The notes under the pieces: generated by a model
The model's database searches: none
The model's input: the letters and a program-made list of their open reading frames with translations, nothing else
Told to the model about the DNA's origin: nothing
Made by a program: the position numbers and the translations under genes
Assembly: GCA_014859265.1 (NCBI GenBank)
Contig: JACUUN010000005.1
Location: 1-57,626, forward strand
From: Coriobacteriia bacterium
GTDB lineage: Bacteria > Actinomycetota > Coriobacteriia > Anaerosomatales > SLCP01
Length of the DNA stretch: 57,626 nt
Direction of reading: 5' to 3'
In this document: positions 8,762 through 17,559 of the stretch, in pieces
How positions within the stretch are numbered: position 1 is the first letter of the stretch
Layout: every line of letters starts with the position of its first letter

Positions 8762-9952
8762 CTACTTGATTGTCGAGCCGAACATCTTCTCGTACAGGGG
8801 CGACATGGCCCTCAACCGCTCAACGATAGGCGGAAAGACTTCGAGAAAGTACTCGACATCGTCAGCGCTCGTGTAGCGCCCGAGCGAGACACGAACCGAG
8901 CCGTGGGCCAACTCGGCCGGACACCCGATCGAGAGCAGCACGTGGCTAGGTTCGAGGCTGCCCGAGGAGCATGCTGAACCGGTGGAGATGGCGATCCCCT
9001 TCGCATCCAGTTGAAGGAGCATGGCCTCGCCTTCGACTCCCTTGATGATGAGGTGCGCGATGTTGGGAAGACGAGCCGGGTGCGTCGCGCTCTCGACCGT
9101 GTTCTCGATGATACTGGTGATGCCCTCTACGACGCGATTCCGAAGTTCGGCCAGCCGCTCGCTCTCGGCGGGCAACTCGGCCAGCATCAGGTCCAGTGCG
9201 GTCGCGAAGCCTGCGGCTCCGGCGACATTCTGAGTGCCCGAGCGCTTCTTGAACTCCTGTCCGCCTCCGCGGACCATCGGTGCGAACGGCGTCCCGCGCT
9301 TCAGGTAGAGCGCTCCGACGCCCTTCGGACCGTAGATCTTGTGACCCGAGAACGAGGCAGCATCTACGCCGAGTTCGGCAACGTCGAACGGCACCTTGCC
9401 GAGCGTCTGAGAGGCATCGGTATGGAAGAGTGCACCCCGGTCGTGAGCGACCTCGGCAAGAGCGCGAATCGGCTGGAGTGTGCCGATCTCGTTGTTGCCA
9501 TGCATGACCGAGACAAGCACTGTGTCGTCGCGCAAAACCACACGAAGGTCATCAGGTTCGATGTAGCCCTCGGGACGCGGAGCGAGGTAGGTGACCTCGT
9601 ATCCAGACTTCTCGAGGAAGTGTGCGGGCTCGAGGACCGCATGATGCTCGAACGCCGAGACGATGACGTGGCCACCGGCAGGCTTGGCTCGCGTGACGAT
9701 ACCGATGAGCGCGGCGTTGTCCGACTCGGTGCCGCCCGCGGTGAAGATGATCTCGTTGGGATGGGATGCACCGATGGCGCTGACGACGCGCTCACGGGCG
9801 GACTCGAGAGCGGTGTACGCCTCACGGCCCCGGCGATAGAGGCTATTCGGGTTGCCCCAGACCTCGCTGTAGTACGGGAGCATCGCCTCGACGACCCGCT
9901 CGTCAACGGGGGTCGTCGCCGCGTAATCCAGGTATACATCCCGATCTTCCAT
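8762..9952 (-). CDS. iscS: Cysteine desulfurase, group I
   Basis: 'YLDYAATTP', 'SGHKIYGPKG', 'STGSACSS', 'EPSHVL'. Confidence 0.95.
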   Translation of the reverse strand: MEDRDVYLDYAATTPVDERVVEAMLPYYSEVWGNPNSLYRRGREAYTALESARERVVSAIGASHPNEIIFTAGGTESDNAALIGIVTRAKPAGGHVIVSAFEHHAVLEPAHFLEKSGYEVTYLAPRPEGYIEPDDLRVVLRDDTVLVSVMHGNNEIGTLQPIRALAEVAHDRGALFHTDASQTLGKVPFDVAELGVDAASFSGHKIYGPKGVGALYLKRGTPFAPMVRGGGQEFKKRSGTQNVAGAAGFATALDLMLAELPAESERLAELRNRVVEGITSIIENTVESATHPARLPNIAHLIIKGVEGEAMLLQLDAKGIAISTGSACSSGSLEPSHVLLSIGCPAELAHGSVRVSLGRYTSADDVEYFLEVFPPIVERLRAMSPLYEKMFGSTIK

Positions 9953-9958
9953 CAGCTC

Positions 9959-10411
9959 CTACCTCTCACCACGGCGCTGCGTGGCGCCCGATTCGTCAAA
10001 GACCTCCTGTGCCCGTGCAAGCGATGCCAGCGTCGTAGACTCCAGCACCTCGCGCACCGCGTTTGTCGCACGGTCCCACACGCCGGCGGCCGCGCATGCG
10101 TCGCCTCGCCCGCACGCAGCGGCCCGGTCACCGTCACACACGGTCGGCCGAAGCGAACCCTCGAGTGCTTCCACGACGTCGAGCACAGTAATCTCGCTTG
10201 CGGGACGCTGGAGGGCAAATCCACCGTGAGCGCCACGGACGGCGCCGACCAGACCCGCCTTGCGCAGCGCAACGAAGAGCTGCTCGAGGTATTTCGCCGG
10301 TATGCTCTGCCGGTCTGAGATCTCTCGTGCGCTCACAGGGCCCTGATCGACCCTGCAGGCAAGATCGATCATCGCAAGCAGGCCGTACTCGCTCTTGGCG
10401 GTGAGACGCAT
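9959..10411 (-). CDS. Rrf2-family regulator with three Cys (IscR-like)
   Basis: 'MRLTAKSEYGL', 'YLEQL', 'RGAHGGF', C-x7-C-x5-C; first gene of the isc operon. Confidence 0.9.
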   Translation of the reverse strand: MRLTAKSEYGLLAMIDLACRVDQGPVSAREISDRQSIPAKYLEQLFVALRKAGLVGAVRGAHGGFALQRPASEITVLDVVEALEGSLRPTVCDGDRAAACGRGDACAAAGVWDRATNAVREVLESTTLASLARAQEVFDESGATQRRGER

Positions 10412-10464
10412 CCTGTGATTCTGCTCCTCGGCTGGAATCCTTACCAAAACGGTATGATTTCAGC

Positions 10465-10493
10465 ACGATAGTCCCCACTTGCAGGGGTGTCAA
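10465..10493 (-). promoter_or_regulatory. Sigma70 promoter of the Rrf2-iscSU-mnmA operon
   Basis: TTGACA-17 nt-TATCGT on the minus strand; an imperfect inverted repeat ATCCTTACC-AAAAC-GGTATGATT (10437-10459) follows and may be the Rrf2 operator. Confidence 0.75.
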
Positions 10494-10513
10494 GCGATTC
10501 GCACCGGCAGCAC

Positions 10514-11233
10514 TCAGGTGTCGAGGTATCCGTCGTGCCCGGTGTCCGCCCGACCTGTCGCAAGTGCGATGGACGCGCCGACGTCCACCGCCGCCTGCGG
10601 CGCAAGAATTGCGGCGACCGCCGCATGATCGCCTTCGCGGGCCTCGGCGAGTGCCTGGAGGTGTTGGAGGTCCCCGACACTGGCGACCCGGAACAACCCG
10701 TGTACTCCGCGCTCCCCGATGGCAAGCGTCAATGCAGCGCCAACATCTCGTGAGCGTGTGACCAGTAGAATCGACTCCGCCTGGGATGAACGGGCATGGA
10801 TGAGCGCCACAAGCTTGCCGACCATGTCAGCGGCGGCGGCGGCGGAGAGCGGCCGTGACACGATCCGGGTGTGTAGCCTAAGCCCGAGCGGTGAACGCCA
10901 CGCTCCGCCGGAGGCGATGGTGAACCCGAGCGCTGCTCCGATATCGTCAATCTCGTGTCGCAGTTCGGTGCGAAGCCGAGCGTCGGCCTTATCCTGCGGG
11001 TCCGGGGTCGAGAGCACGAGGTCGGGGATGGCTTCGGTCACTACCTCCCGGGTGGCGTCGGAGCCGCTGGCCGATCTTGCGCTCCTGCTCTCGAAGCCCA
11101 ATGCCTCCGCAGCGTCCATCGTCAGTATCTCAGCAAGCCTGCGATTCTTGACGGACAACTTGACGCCGAAGACCTCGAGCACCGTGCTCCGGTCATCTGC
11201 GCCCGGTTCGGCAGGTGTCTCGTGGGCCTCCAT
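10514..11233 (-). CDS. Hypothetical protein (239 aa)
   Basis: ATG 11233 after GGAG, with TAGAAT -10 at 11277-11282; protein-like composition; the 499-aa ORF-track extension overlaps ribH and is rejected. Confidence 0.7.
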   Translation of the reverse strand: MEAHETPAEPGADDRSTVLEVFGVKLSVKNRRLAEILTMDAAEALGFESRSARSASGSDATREVVTEAIPDLVLSTPDPQDKADARLRTELRHEIDDIGAALGFTIASGGAWRSPLGLRLHTRIVSRPLSAAAAADMVGKLVALIHARSSQAESILLVTRSRDVGAALTLAIGERGVHGLFRVASVGDLQHLQALAEAREGDHAAVAAILAPQAAVDVGASIALATGRADTGHDGYLDT

Positions 11234-11392
11234 GAGCACTCCTCCGGGTCGGGCATCGCGGATGGGCACGTGGTCCATTCTATCCGACCGCAAGGGGTTT
11301 GGGGACCGCCACTCAGCTCTCGTCGGGTGCCACTCGTCGAATCGAACGTATCTTCCCTTGTTGGTGGCCGACCCGTCTGATACTGTGTGACA

Positions 11393-11504
11393 CCCGCCTG
11401 CCGAGGCGACAAGGGAACCAACGGTCCACGGCTGATAGCCACAGGGTGGTGAGAGCCCACTGGACGCAGAGGAAGCCCCGACCCCTATGTGGCCGGGGCT
11501 TCCT
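11393..11504 (+). ncRNA. Candidate small RNA, convergent with ribH
   Basis: TTGTTG-17-TACTGT with extended TGn (11358-11386); hairpin CGCCT/AGGCG; three-way junction GTCCA..TGGAC; strong terminal hairpin. Confidence 0.45.
11470..11504. terminator. GC-rich hairpin downstream of ribH (possibly bidirectional)
   Basis: AGGAAGCCCCG...CGGGGCTTCCT 11-bp perfect stem. Confidence 0.7.
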
Positions 11505-11520
11505 GGTTTCCGGAGTCCTT

Positions 11521-11985
11521 CTAGCTCAGTGCCTTGGCGAGGTTCGCCATCTCGATGGCACCCAGTGCTGCATCCCAGCCCTTGTTCCCCGCCTTGGTGC
11601 CGGCACGTTCGACCGCCTGCTCGATGGTGTCGGCGGTGATCACTCCGAACATCACCGGCACCCCCGAATCGAGCGATGCCTTGGCTACGCCCTTCGCTAC
11701 CTCGGAAGCCACATACTCGAAGTGCGGCGTCCCGCCGCGGATGATGACCCCGAGTGCGATTACGGCGTCGTAACGACCTGACGATGCCATCTGCCTGGCG
11801 ACGAGGGGGATCTCGAAACCGCCGGGAACCCAGGCGACATCGACGTCCTCCTCGGCGAGGCCATGGCGTGCGAGCCCATCGCGGGCGCCCGAGAGTAGCC
11901 GCCCGGAGAGCAGCTCGTTGAACCGGCTCACCACGATGCCAACCTTCAGGCCGGTCCCGATGAGGTTGCCTTCGAACGTACCCAT
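11521..11985 (-). CDS. ribH: 6,7-dimethyl-8-ribityllumazine synthase
   Basis: 'VVSRFN', 'VPGGFEIP', '[11 protein letters not shown]', 'NKGWDAA'. Confidence 0.97.
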   Translation of the reverse strand: MGTFEGNLIGTGLKVGIVVSRFNELLSGRLLSGARDGLARHGLAEEDVDVAWVPGGFEIPLVARQMASSGRYDAVIALGVIIRGGTPHFEYVASEVAKGVAKASLDSGVPVMFGVITADTIEQAVERAGTKAGNKGWDAALGAIEMANLAKALS

Positions 11986-13247
11986 TACTCTCCCTCTCCT
12001 TCGGTCGGCGCATCGTCCCGAAGGACGAGCGTATGTGCCATCTTCTCCCGTTTGGTCTCTAGATACGCGCGATTATCCGCACATGCTGGGACCTCGAGTG
12101 GGACCTGTTCCGTGACGCGAAGTCCGTACCCTTCCAGCCCGATGATCTTGGTCGGGTTGTTCGTGAGCAGACGCATCGACGTGAGTCCGAGGTCTACAAG
12201 GATCTGTGCACCGATACCGTAGTCACGGAGATCCGGCGCAAAGCCGAGTGCCTCGTTCGCCTCGACAGTGTCCGCACCAGCCTCCTGCAGTTCGTAGGCC
12301 TTGAGCTTGTTCACCAGGCCGATGCCCCGGCCCTCGTGGCCCACGATGTAGAGGATGACCCCCCTACCCTCGGCCTGCACAAGCCGCATGGCCTCCTCAA
12401 GCTGCGCCCCGCAGTCACACCTCAGGCTGTGGAAAACGTCCCCGGTCAGGCACTCCGAGTGGACCCGGACGAGCACGTCACGCGCGCCGGCGACGTCACC
12501 CACCACGAGAGCGACATGGGTCGACCCATCGATTCGCGAGGTGTAACCGTGCGCGACAAACTGCCCGTGCCGAGTGGGCAGATTCACGGTCGACGCGCGC
12601 TCCACCAGCCGCTCGGTGCGCCGACGAAACCTGATGATGTCGGCAACCGTCACGATCACGAGACCATGCTCACTCGCGAAGCACTCTAGCTGGGGACGCC
12701 TGGCCATCGTCCCGTCGACATTCATGATCTCGCAGATGACCCCCGCGGGATACAAACCCGCGAGGCGCGCAAGATCGACCGCGGTCTCCGTGTGGCCGGC
12801 CCGCTCCAGCACGCCGCCCGGCTTAGCCCGCAGCGGGAAGACGTGTCCAGGCATAGAAATGTCATCCGGCGCGGTCTCCGGATCGATTGCGGCAAGCACC
12901 GTGGCGGCACGGTCCGCCGCCGAGATACCCGTGGATATCTGGCCCTTGGCGCCGATCGACACGTGGAACGCCGTTCCCTGTTCGGAGGTGTTCGTCTGCG
13001 TCATGGGAGGTATCCGGAGCTCGTCCAGACGTTCTCCGGTGAGGGGAAGACAGATGAGGCCACGGCCGTGGGTGGCCATGAAATTCACTGCCTCAGGCGT
13101 GACCTTCTCGGCAGCCATCACGAGGTCGCCCTCGTTCTCACGGGCCTCATCGTCGACGACGATCACCATCCGGCCGGCTACAATCTCGTCGATCGCCTGC
13201 TCGACGGTGCCGAAGCTCGGGCTCCTGGCCGGGTTAGCTGACATCAT
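11985..13247 (-). CDS. ribBA: Bifunctional DHBP synthase / GTP cyclohydrolase II
   Basis: '[10 protein letters not shown]', 'RAGHTE', '[10 protein letters not shown]', 'RCDCG', 'EGRGIGL', 'LLTNNP'. Confidence 0.97.
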   Translation of the reverse strand: MMSANPARSPSFGTVEQAIDEIVAGRMVIVVDDEARENEGDLVMAAEKVTPEAVNFMATHGRGLICLPLTGERLDELRIPPMTQTNTSEQGTAFHVSIGAKGQISTGISAADRAATVLAAIDPETAPDDISMPGHVFPLRAKPGGVLERAGHTETAVDLARLAGLYPAGVICEIMNVDGTMARRPQLECFASEHGLVIVTVADIIRFRRRTERLVERASTVNLPTRHGQFVAHGYTSRIDGSTHVALVVGDVAGARDVLVRVHSECLTGDVFHSLRCDCGAQLEEAMRLVQAEGRGVILYIVGHEGRGIGLVNKLKAYELQEAGADTVEANEALGFAPDLRDYGIGAQILVDLGLTSMRLLTNNPTKIIGLEGYGLRVTEQVPLEVPACADNRAYLETKREKMAHTLVLRDDAPTEGEGE

Positions 13248-13912
13248 CGGCCTTCCGCCAGGTCGCGCAACATATCGCCGAGGCCCCGGTGACCGGGACG
13301 CAGCGCGTCGTCGTCGATGTTTGCGTACAGCTCAACGAAGCGCTTGACGTACTTCGCCATCATGTCCACCTCGATGTTCACCTTCGCGCCCGTAGGCTTG
13401 TCCCCGAGGGTCGTTGCGGACTCTGTATGCGCTACCACCGCCGTGGCAAAGCCGTCGGCGCGCGTCTGGGCTATCGTTAGCGAGATGCCGTCCACTGCGA
13501 CCGAACCCTTAGGCACGATGTACTCCATAAGTACGCGCGGGACGGCGAACTGATAGATCGTCGAGTTGCCCGCAGGGTGGCGCATGACGAGCGATCCTAC
13601 ATCGTCGACATGACCGGTCACTATGTGGCCACCGAGGCGGTCCGAAAGGCGCAGCGCGCGCTCGAGGTTAACCTTCGACCCCTGGCGCAACCCACCCAGG
13701 GTCGTCCTTGCGAGCGTTTCCGAGCTAACGTCGGCAATGAACGCACCTCGGATGAACTTCAGCACCGTCAGACACGAGCCGTCGACCGCGATAGAATCGC
13801 CGATGGCCATGTCGCGCCCGAACTCGGGAGCGTAGACCTCCAGACGCATGCCGTCGGCCACGCGCTCCGTGCGCGTGATGATTCCTTCAGACTCGATGAG
13901 TCCCGTGAACAT
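13244..13912 (-). CDS. ribE: Riboflavin synthase (alpha chain)
   Basis: Diagnostic N-terminus MFTGLIE; 'VNLERAL', 'GGHIVTGHVD', 'KGSVAVDGISLT'. Confidence 0.96.
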   Translation of the reverse strand: MFTGLIESEGIITRTERVADGMRLEVYAPEFGRDMAIGDSIAVDGSCLTVLKFIRGAFIADVSSETLARTTLGGLRQGSKVNLERALRLSDRLGGHIVTGHVDDVGSLVMRHPAGNSTIYQFAVPRVLMEYIVPKGSVAVDGISLTIAQTRADGFATAVVAHTESATTLGDKPTGAKVNIEVDMMAKYVKRFVELYANIDDDALRPGHRGLGDMLRDLAEGR

Positions 13913-13950
13913 CGCGACTACCCTTCCTCTCCCCGGCGTTTGAATCGCCG

Positions 13951-15048
13951 CTAGATGGCTCTTCGCCACACGGTGATGGCGTCGCAGCCTGCGACTGCCG
14001 CTTCAAACGCTGTCATGCGCTCACCGAGCGCGTCATCTGTGCCAGTTGTAGCTCCGGCGTACATACCCACCGCATCAGCCCCTGCCGCACTACCGGCGTG
14101 GATGACCACAAGCTCATCGATGAGGTTCTCATCCCATAGCGCGGTGAACAAATCCGGTCCCGCCTCAACAAGCAATCGGGCGATACCCCTCGCTCCGAGA
14201 ACGCGAAGGGCACCGCGTAGCCCATCGTCCGCAGAGTACTCGAGGATCTCCGCACCCGGCGGTGCGCCCATCCCTGAGCCCACGGGGACGAGCAACACTG
14301 CTGGTCCGCTCCCGTCGCTGAAGAGCGAACAAGTACCCGGGTCGGTGGTGCGTGTCATGACCACACGGAGTGGCTGACGCACCGCATCGGCACTGGCCTC
14401 GTCACGTACCGTCAGCCGGGGGTCATCCACGAGTGCCGTCCGGGCACCGACCAACACGGCATCCGACGCGGCACGCAATCTCATAGTCACCGGCCGCGAG
14501 CCTGGGCCCGAGATACGGGTACGCAGACCGGGGCCCGCACTTAATTTGCCATCGAGTGAACTCGCAATCTTCACCGTCACCCATGGTCTCTCCTTACGGA
14601 CGAGCGTCAACCACCCGAGATTGAGTGCTTCGTAGGGTGCCGGGTCTTCGGCGAAGGAGACATCGATGCCGGCAGCGCGCAGCCGCTCAGCACCGCCGGA
14701 GGCCACTTCGCTCGGGTCAGGCATGCCGATGACGACCCGCGCGACTCCTGCTTTTACGAGAGCATCCGTGCACGGCGGCGTGCGGCCGTGGTGCGCACAG
14801 GGCTCGAGCGTCACGTACGCGGTCGCGTCACACGCGGACGGGCCGGCCTGGACGAGCGCGACCGCCTCGGCGTGGGGCCCCCCGACGCGCTCATGCCACC
14901 CCTCCCCTATGACACGGGAGTCACGAACGACAACGCAGCCGACCATCGGATTGGGCGAGGTCGTGCCGAGACCTCTCTGCGCGAGAGTCCAGGCGCGCCG
15001 AAGAAAGGGGTCGGCTATCAATGTGGAATCGTCAGAGAACAGGCGCAT
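13951..15048 (-). CDS. ribD: Riboflavin biosynthesis deaminase/reductase
   Basis: 'PNPMVGCV', 'HAE', 'TLEPCAHHGRTPPC', 'SLDGK', 'DDPRLTVR'. Confidence 0.95.
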   Translation of the reverse strand: MRLFSDDSTLIADPFLRRAWTLAQRGLGTTSPNPMVGCVVVRDSRVIGEGWHERVGGPHAEAVALVQAGPSACDATAYVTLEPCAHHGRTPPCTDALVKAGVARVVIGMPDPSEVASGGAERLRAAGIDVSFAEDPAPYEALNLGWLTLVRKERPWVTVKIASSLDGKLSAGPGLRTRISGPGSRPVTMRLRAASDAVLVGARTALVDDPRLTVRDEASADAVRQPLRVVMTRTTDPGTCSLFSDGSGPAVLLVPVGSGMGAPPGAEILEYSADDGLRGALRVLGARGIARLLVEAGPDLFTALWDENLIDELVVIHAGSAAGADAVGMYAGATTGTDDALGERMTAFEAAVAGCDAITVWRRAI

Positions 15049-15062
15049 GCACAAGCGCGGTC

Positions 15063-15180
15063 CTTCCTTCTCCCATCCAGACTCTAACTGTCGGCCCCGG
15101 GAATCCTCCGGGTCAGCCCCTTTGGGGGGCTCGCGGGCTATCACCGCCGGTGGGGACTTTCACCCCGCCCTGAAGAAAGA
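15063..15180 (-). ncRNA. FMN riboswitch (RFN element)
   Basis: Minus strand TCTTCAGGGCGGGGTGAAAGTCCCCACCGGCGGT..AGCCCGCGAG...GCCGACAGTTAGAGTCTGGATGGGAGAAG directly 5' of ribD. Confidence 0.96.
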
Positions 15181-15193
15181 CGCTGCTAGTGTA

Positions 15194-15865
15194 CTACAAG
15201 ACTCGTTCCGCTGCTTCCCGGATAGAGTTCATGGCCGAGATCGGGTCCGACTGGCAAAAGACCGCGCTCCCCGCAACGAGGCACCTGGCGCCCGTAGAAG
15301 CGACCAGAGGAGCCGTCGTGGGATCGATGCCACCATCGACCTGGATGAGGGGCGCGACACCCTCCTCGACACACAACGCAGCCAGACGACGGACGCGATC
15401 GACGGAGCGGGGGATGAAAGACTGCCCTCCAAATCCTGGATTGACACTCATGATGAGCACCAGATCCACCTCACCGATGATGTCGCGGAGCGCCTCGACC
15501 GGAGTCCCTGGATTCAGGCTCACGCCCGCGCGGGCACCGGCGCCCCTGATGGTCTGGACGACCCGGTGCAGGTGGTCGCACGCCTCGGCGTGGACGGTCA
15601 CCAAGTCGGCTCCCGCATCAAGGTACCACCCTACCGCGGAGTCGGCGTTGTCGATCATCAGGTGAACGTCGAGCGGAACGGTTGCCACCCGCTTCAATGC
15701 CTTCACTACCGGCGGGCCGATTGTGAGATTCGGGACGAAATGACCGTCCATGACATCCACGTGGATGAAATCCGCTCCGCCGTCCTGAATCAGGCGGACC
15801 GCTGCCCCCAGATCCATGAAGTCTGCCGAGAGGATCGAAGGGGCCATGAGTACACGCTCAGACAT
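15194..15865 (-). CDS. rpe: Ribulose-phosphate 3-epimerase
   Basis: 'APSILSADF', 'HVDVMDGHFVPNLT', 'MSVNPGFGGQ', 'VDGGI'. Confidence 0.97.
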   Translation of the reverse strand: MSERVLMAPSILSADFMDLGAAVRLIQDGGADFIHVDVMDGHFVPNLTIGPPVVKALKRVATVPLDVHLMIDNADSAVGWYLDAGADLVTVHAEACDHLHRVVQTIRGAGARAGVSLNPGTPVEALRDIIGEVDLVLIMSVNPGFGGQSFIPRSVDRVRRLAALCVEEGVAPLIQVDGGIDPTTAPLVASTGARCLVAGSAVFCQSDPISAMNSIREAAERVL

Positions 15866-15879
15866 CGGTAGCGCCTCCC

Positions 15880-16899
15880 TCACTCGTCGGTCAGGTCCAT
15901 GCCGTGCAGCTCGTCTGTTGACTCACGACCCATAAGCGCCCCGACAGCATCGCCAACGCACGCATGTTCGTGGACGATCAGACGCACCTGGTGCGTGATG
16001 GGCATCTCCAGGCCGTCCCGGACGCCGATCTCGTCGACGGTGACACACGAGACCGCCCCCTCGGCAACCATGTGGGTCTCCGCCTCATACTGTTCAACGC
16101 TGCCGCCGCGGGCGATGCACTCCCCGAGGCCGCGGTTCCGGCTGTGACGGGAGGTGCATGTTGCGATGAGGTCACCCATGCCCGCCAGGCCCATGTACGT
16201 CAGGGGGTTCGCACCTTCGCACCGGCCCAGACGCGACATCTCGGCCAGGCCGCGTGTCATGAGGGAGGCCTTCGTGTTGTCCCCGAACCCGAGACCGTCG
16301 GACATCCCCGCTGCAACGGCAATGACGTTTTTCGAAGCACCCGCCAGCTCGACGCCGACGACGTCGTTGTTTGTGTACGCACGAAAGGCAGACGTCGTGA
16401 AGAGCTCCCTGAGCGCCACTCCCACCCCTTCGTCGTACGCAGCGATGACCGTCGCCGAGGGGATGCCGCGGGACACCTCCTCGGCGTGATTCGGCCCCGA
16501 GAGAGCGGCCAGCCGCGAATTCCCGCCGAGGACATCGGCAAGCACCTCGGTCATCCGCAGGAGCGAGCCTCGTTCAAGTCCCTTGGCCAGGCTTACCACG
16601 GGCGCTGCCCGGTCCCACACGGTTGCAAGCGACTCGGCCGCGGCACGCATGGCCATTGAAGGTGTGGCGATGATTATGACGTCGGCTCCCCTGACGGCAT
16701 CCTCGAGATCTACCGTCGCACGGACACATGGAGGAAGCACGACGTCAGTGAGATAACGCGGGTTGCGCGCCTCTGCCGAGATGCGCTCGGCGACCTCTGC
16801 GCTGCGTGCCCACAGTACCGTTGGAATACCCTTGCCGCCCACAACGCTGGCGATGGCGGTGCCCCACGAACCGGCACCGATGACTGCTGCGCTTCTCAA
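15880..16899 (-). CDS. gpsA: NAD(P)H-dependent glycerol-3-phosphate dehydrogenase
   Basis: 'GAGSWGTA', 'LSGPNHAEEV', 'KNVIA', 'GMGDLIATCTSRHSRNR'. Confidence 0.96.
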   Translation of the reverse strand: MRSAAVIGAGSWGTAIASVVGGKGIPTVLWARSAEVAERISAEARNPRYLTDVVLPPCVRATVDLEDAVRGADVIIIATPSMAMRAAAESLATVWDRAAPVVSLAKGLERGSLLRMTEVLADVLGGNSRLAALSGPNHAEEVSRGIPSATVIAAYDEGVGVALRELFTTSAFRAYTNNDVVGVELAGASKNVIAVAAGMSDGLGFGDNTKASLMTRGLAEMSRLGRCEGANPLTYMGLAGMGDLIATCTSRHSRNRGLGECIARGGSVEQYEAETHMVAEGAVSCVTVDEIGVRDGLEMPITHQVRLIVHEHACVGDAVGALMGRESTDELHGMDLTDE

Positions 16900-17555
16900 C
16901 GTGCGTCCTCCTGGTTCCGACCGGTGTCACGGCTACCCAGGCTTATCTTAGCTTCTTCGCCACGAGCGATGCGGGCGATATTCGAACGGTGGCGCCAGAT
17001 CACGAGAGTCGCAGCCACGAAAGAGAACGTGACGAGGGAGGGACGGTCCATATAGAGCAGGAGCACGAGCACGGGGAACTCAACCGCAACCACGACGGAT
17101 CCGAGGCTCACCATGCGCGAGATCGCGACCACCGCAACGAAGGTAGCGAAGAGTATCGGCCACGCGACCGGTGTGAGCACGAGCAATGCTCCTGCAGCGG
17201 TCGCCACACCCTTCCCGCCCGCGAAGCGAAGGTACGGCGAGTACGAGTGCCCGAGCACAGCGGCGAAGGACGCACCGATCAGCACCCAGTCATGCGCTGC
17301 GGCCCCAAGGTGCTCAGGATAGACAAGCGATGCAAGAATGACAGCGCCGACACCCTTCAGAGCATCGAGCACGAGGACCGCAGCACCCGCCTTCAGGCCG
17401 AAGACGCGCATGACGTTGGTCGCTCCCGCATTCCCCGAACCGTGCTCCCGCACGTCCGCACCGTAGAAGACGCGACCGACGATCACTGCAAACGGCGTCG
17501 CCCCGATGAGGTATGCGACGACCAGAGTGATTGCGACCCGAAGCGCGGTCTCCAT
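16896..17555 (-). CDS. plsY: Glycerol-3-phosphate acyltransferase
   Basis: 'DVREHGSGNAGATN', 'GGKGVAT', 'RHRSNIAR'. Confidence 0.95.
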   Translation of the reverse strand: METALRVAITLVVAYLIGATPFAVIVGRVFYGADVREHGSGNAGATNVMRVFGLKAGAAVLVLDALKGVGAVILASLVYPEHLGAAAHDWVLIGASFAAVLGHSYSPYLRFAGGKGVATAAGALLVLTPVAWPILFATFVAVVAISRMVSLGSVVVAVEFPVLVLLLYMDRPSLVTFSFVAATLVIWRHRSNIARIARGEEAKISLGSRDTGRNQEDAR

Positions 17556-17559
17556 ACGC

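Noticed and set aside
11393-11470. Cobalamin, c-di-AMP or ZTP riboswitch, or hammerhead ribozyme
   Set aside because: Only fragments match (AAGGGAA, GGTGAGAG, CTGAT); the B12 box and other core motifs are absent and there is no downstream gene.
10514-12013. ORF-track N-terminal extensions (10514-12013, 41626-43677, 48723-50204, 50340-51158, 13951-15144)
   Set aside because: The extensions overlap neighbouring genes or the riboswitch; starts were reset to RBS- or homology-supported codons.
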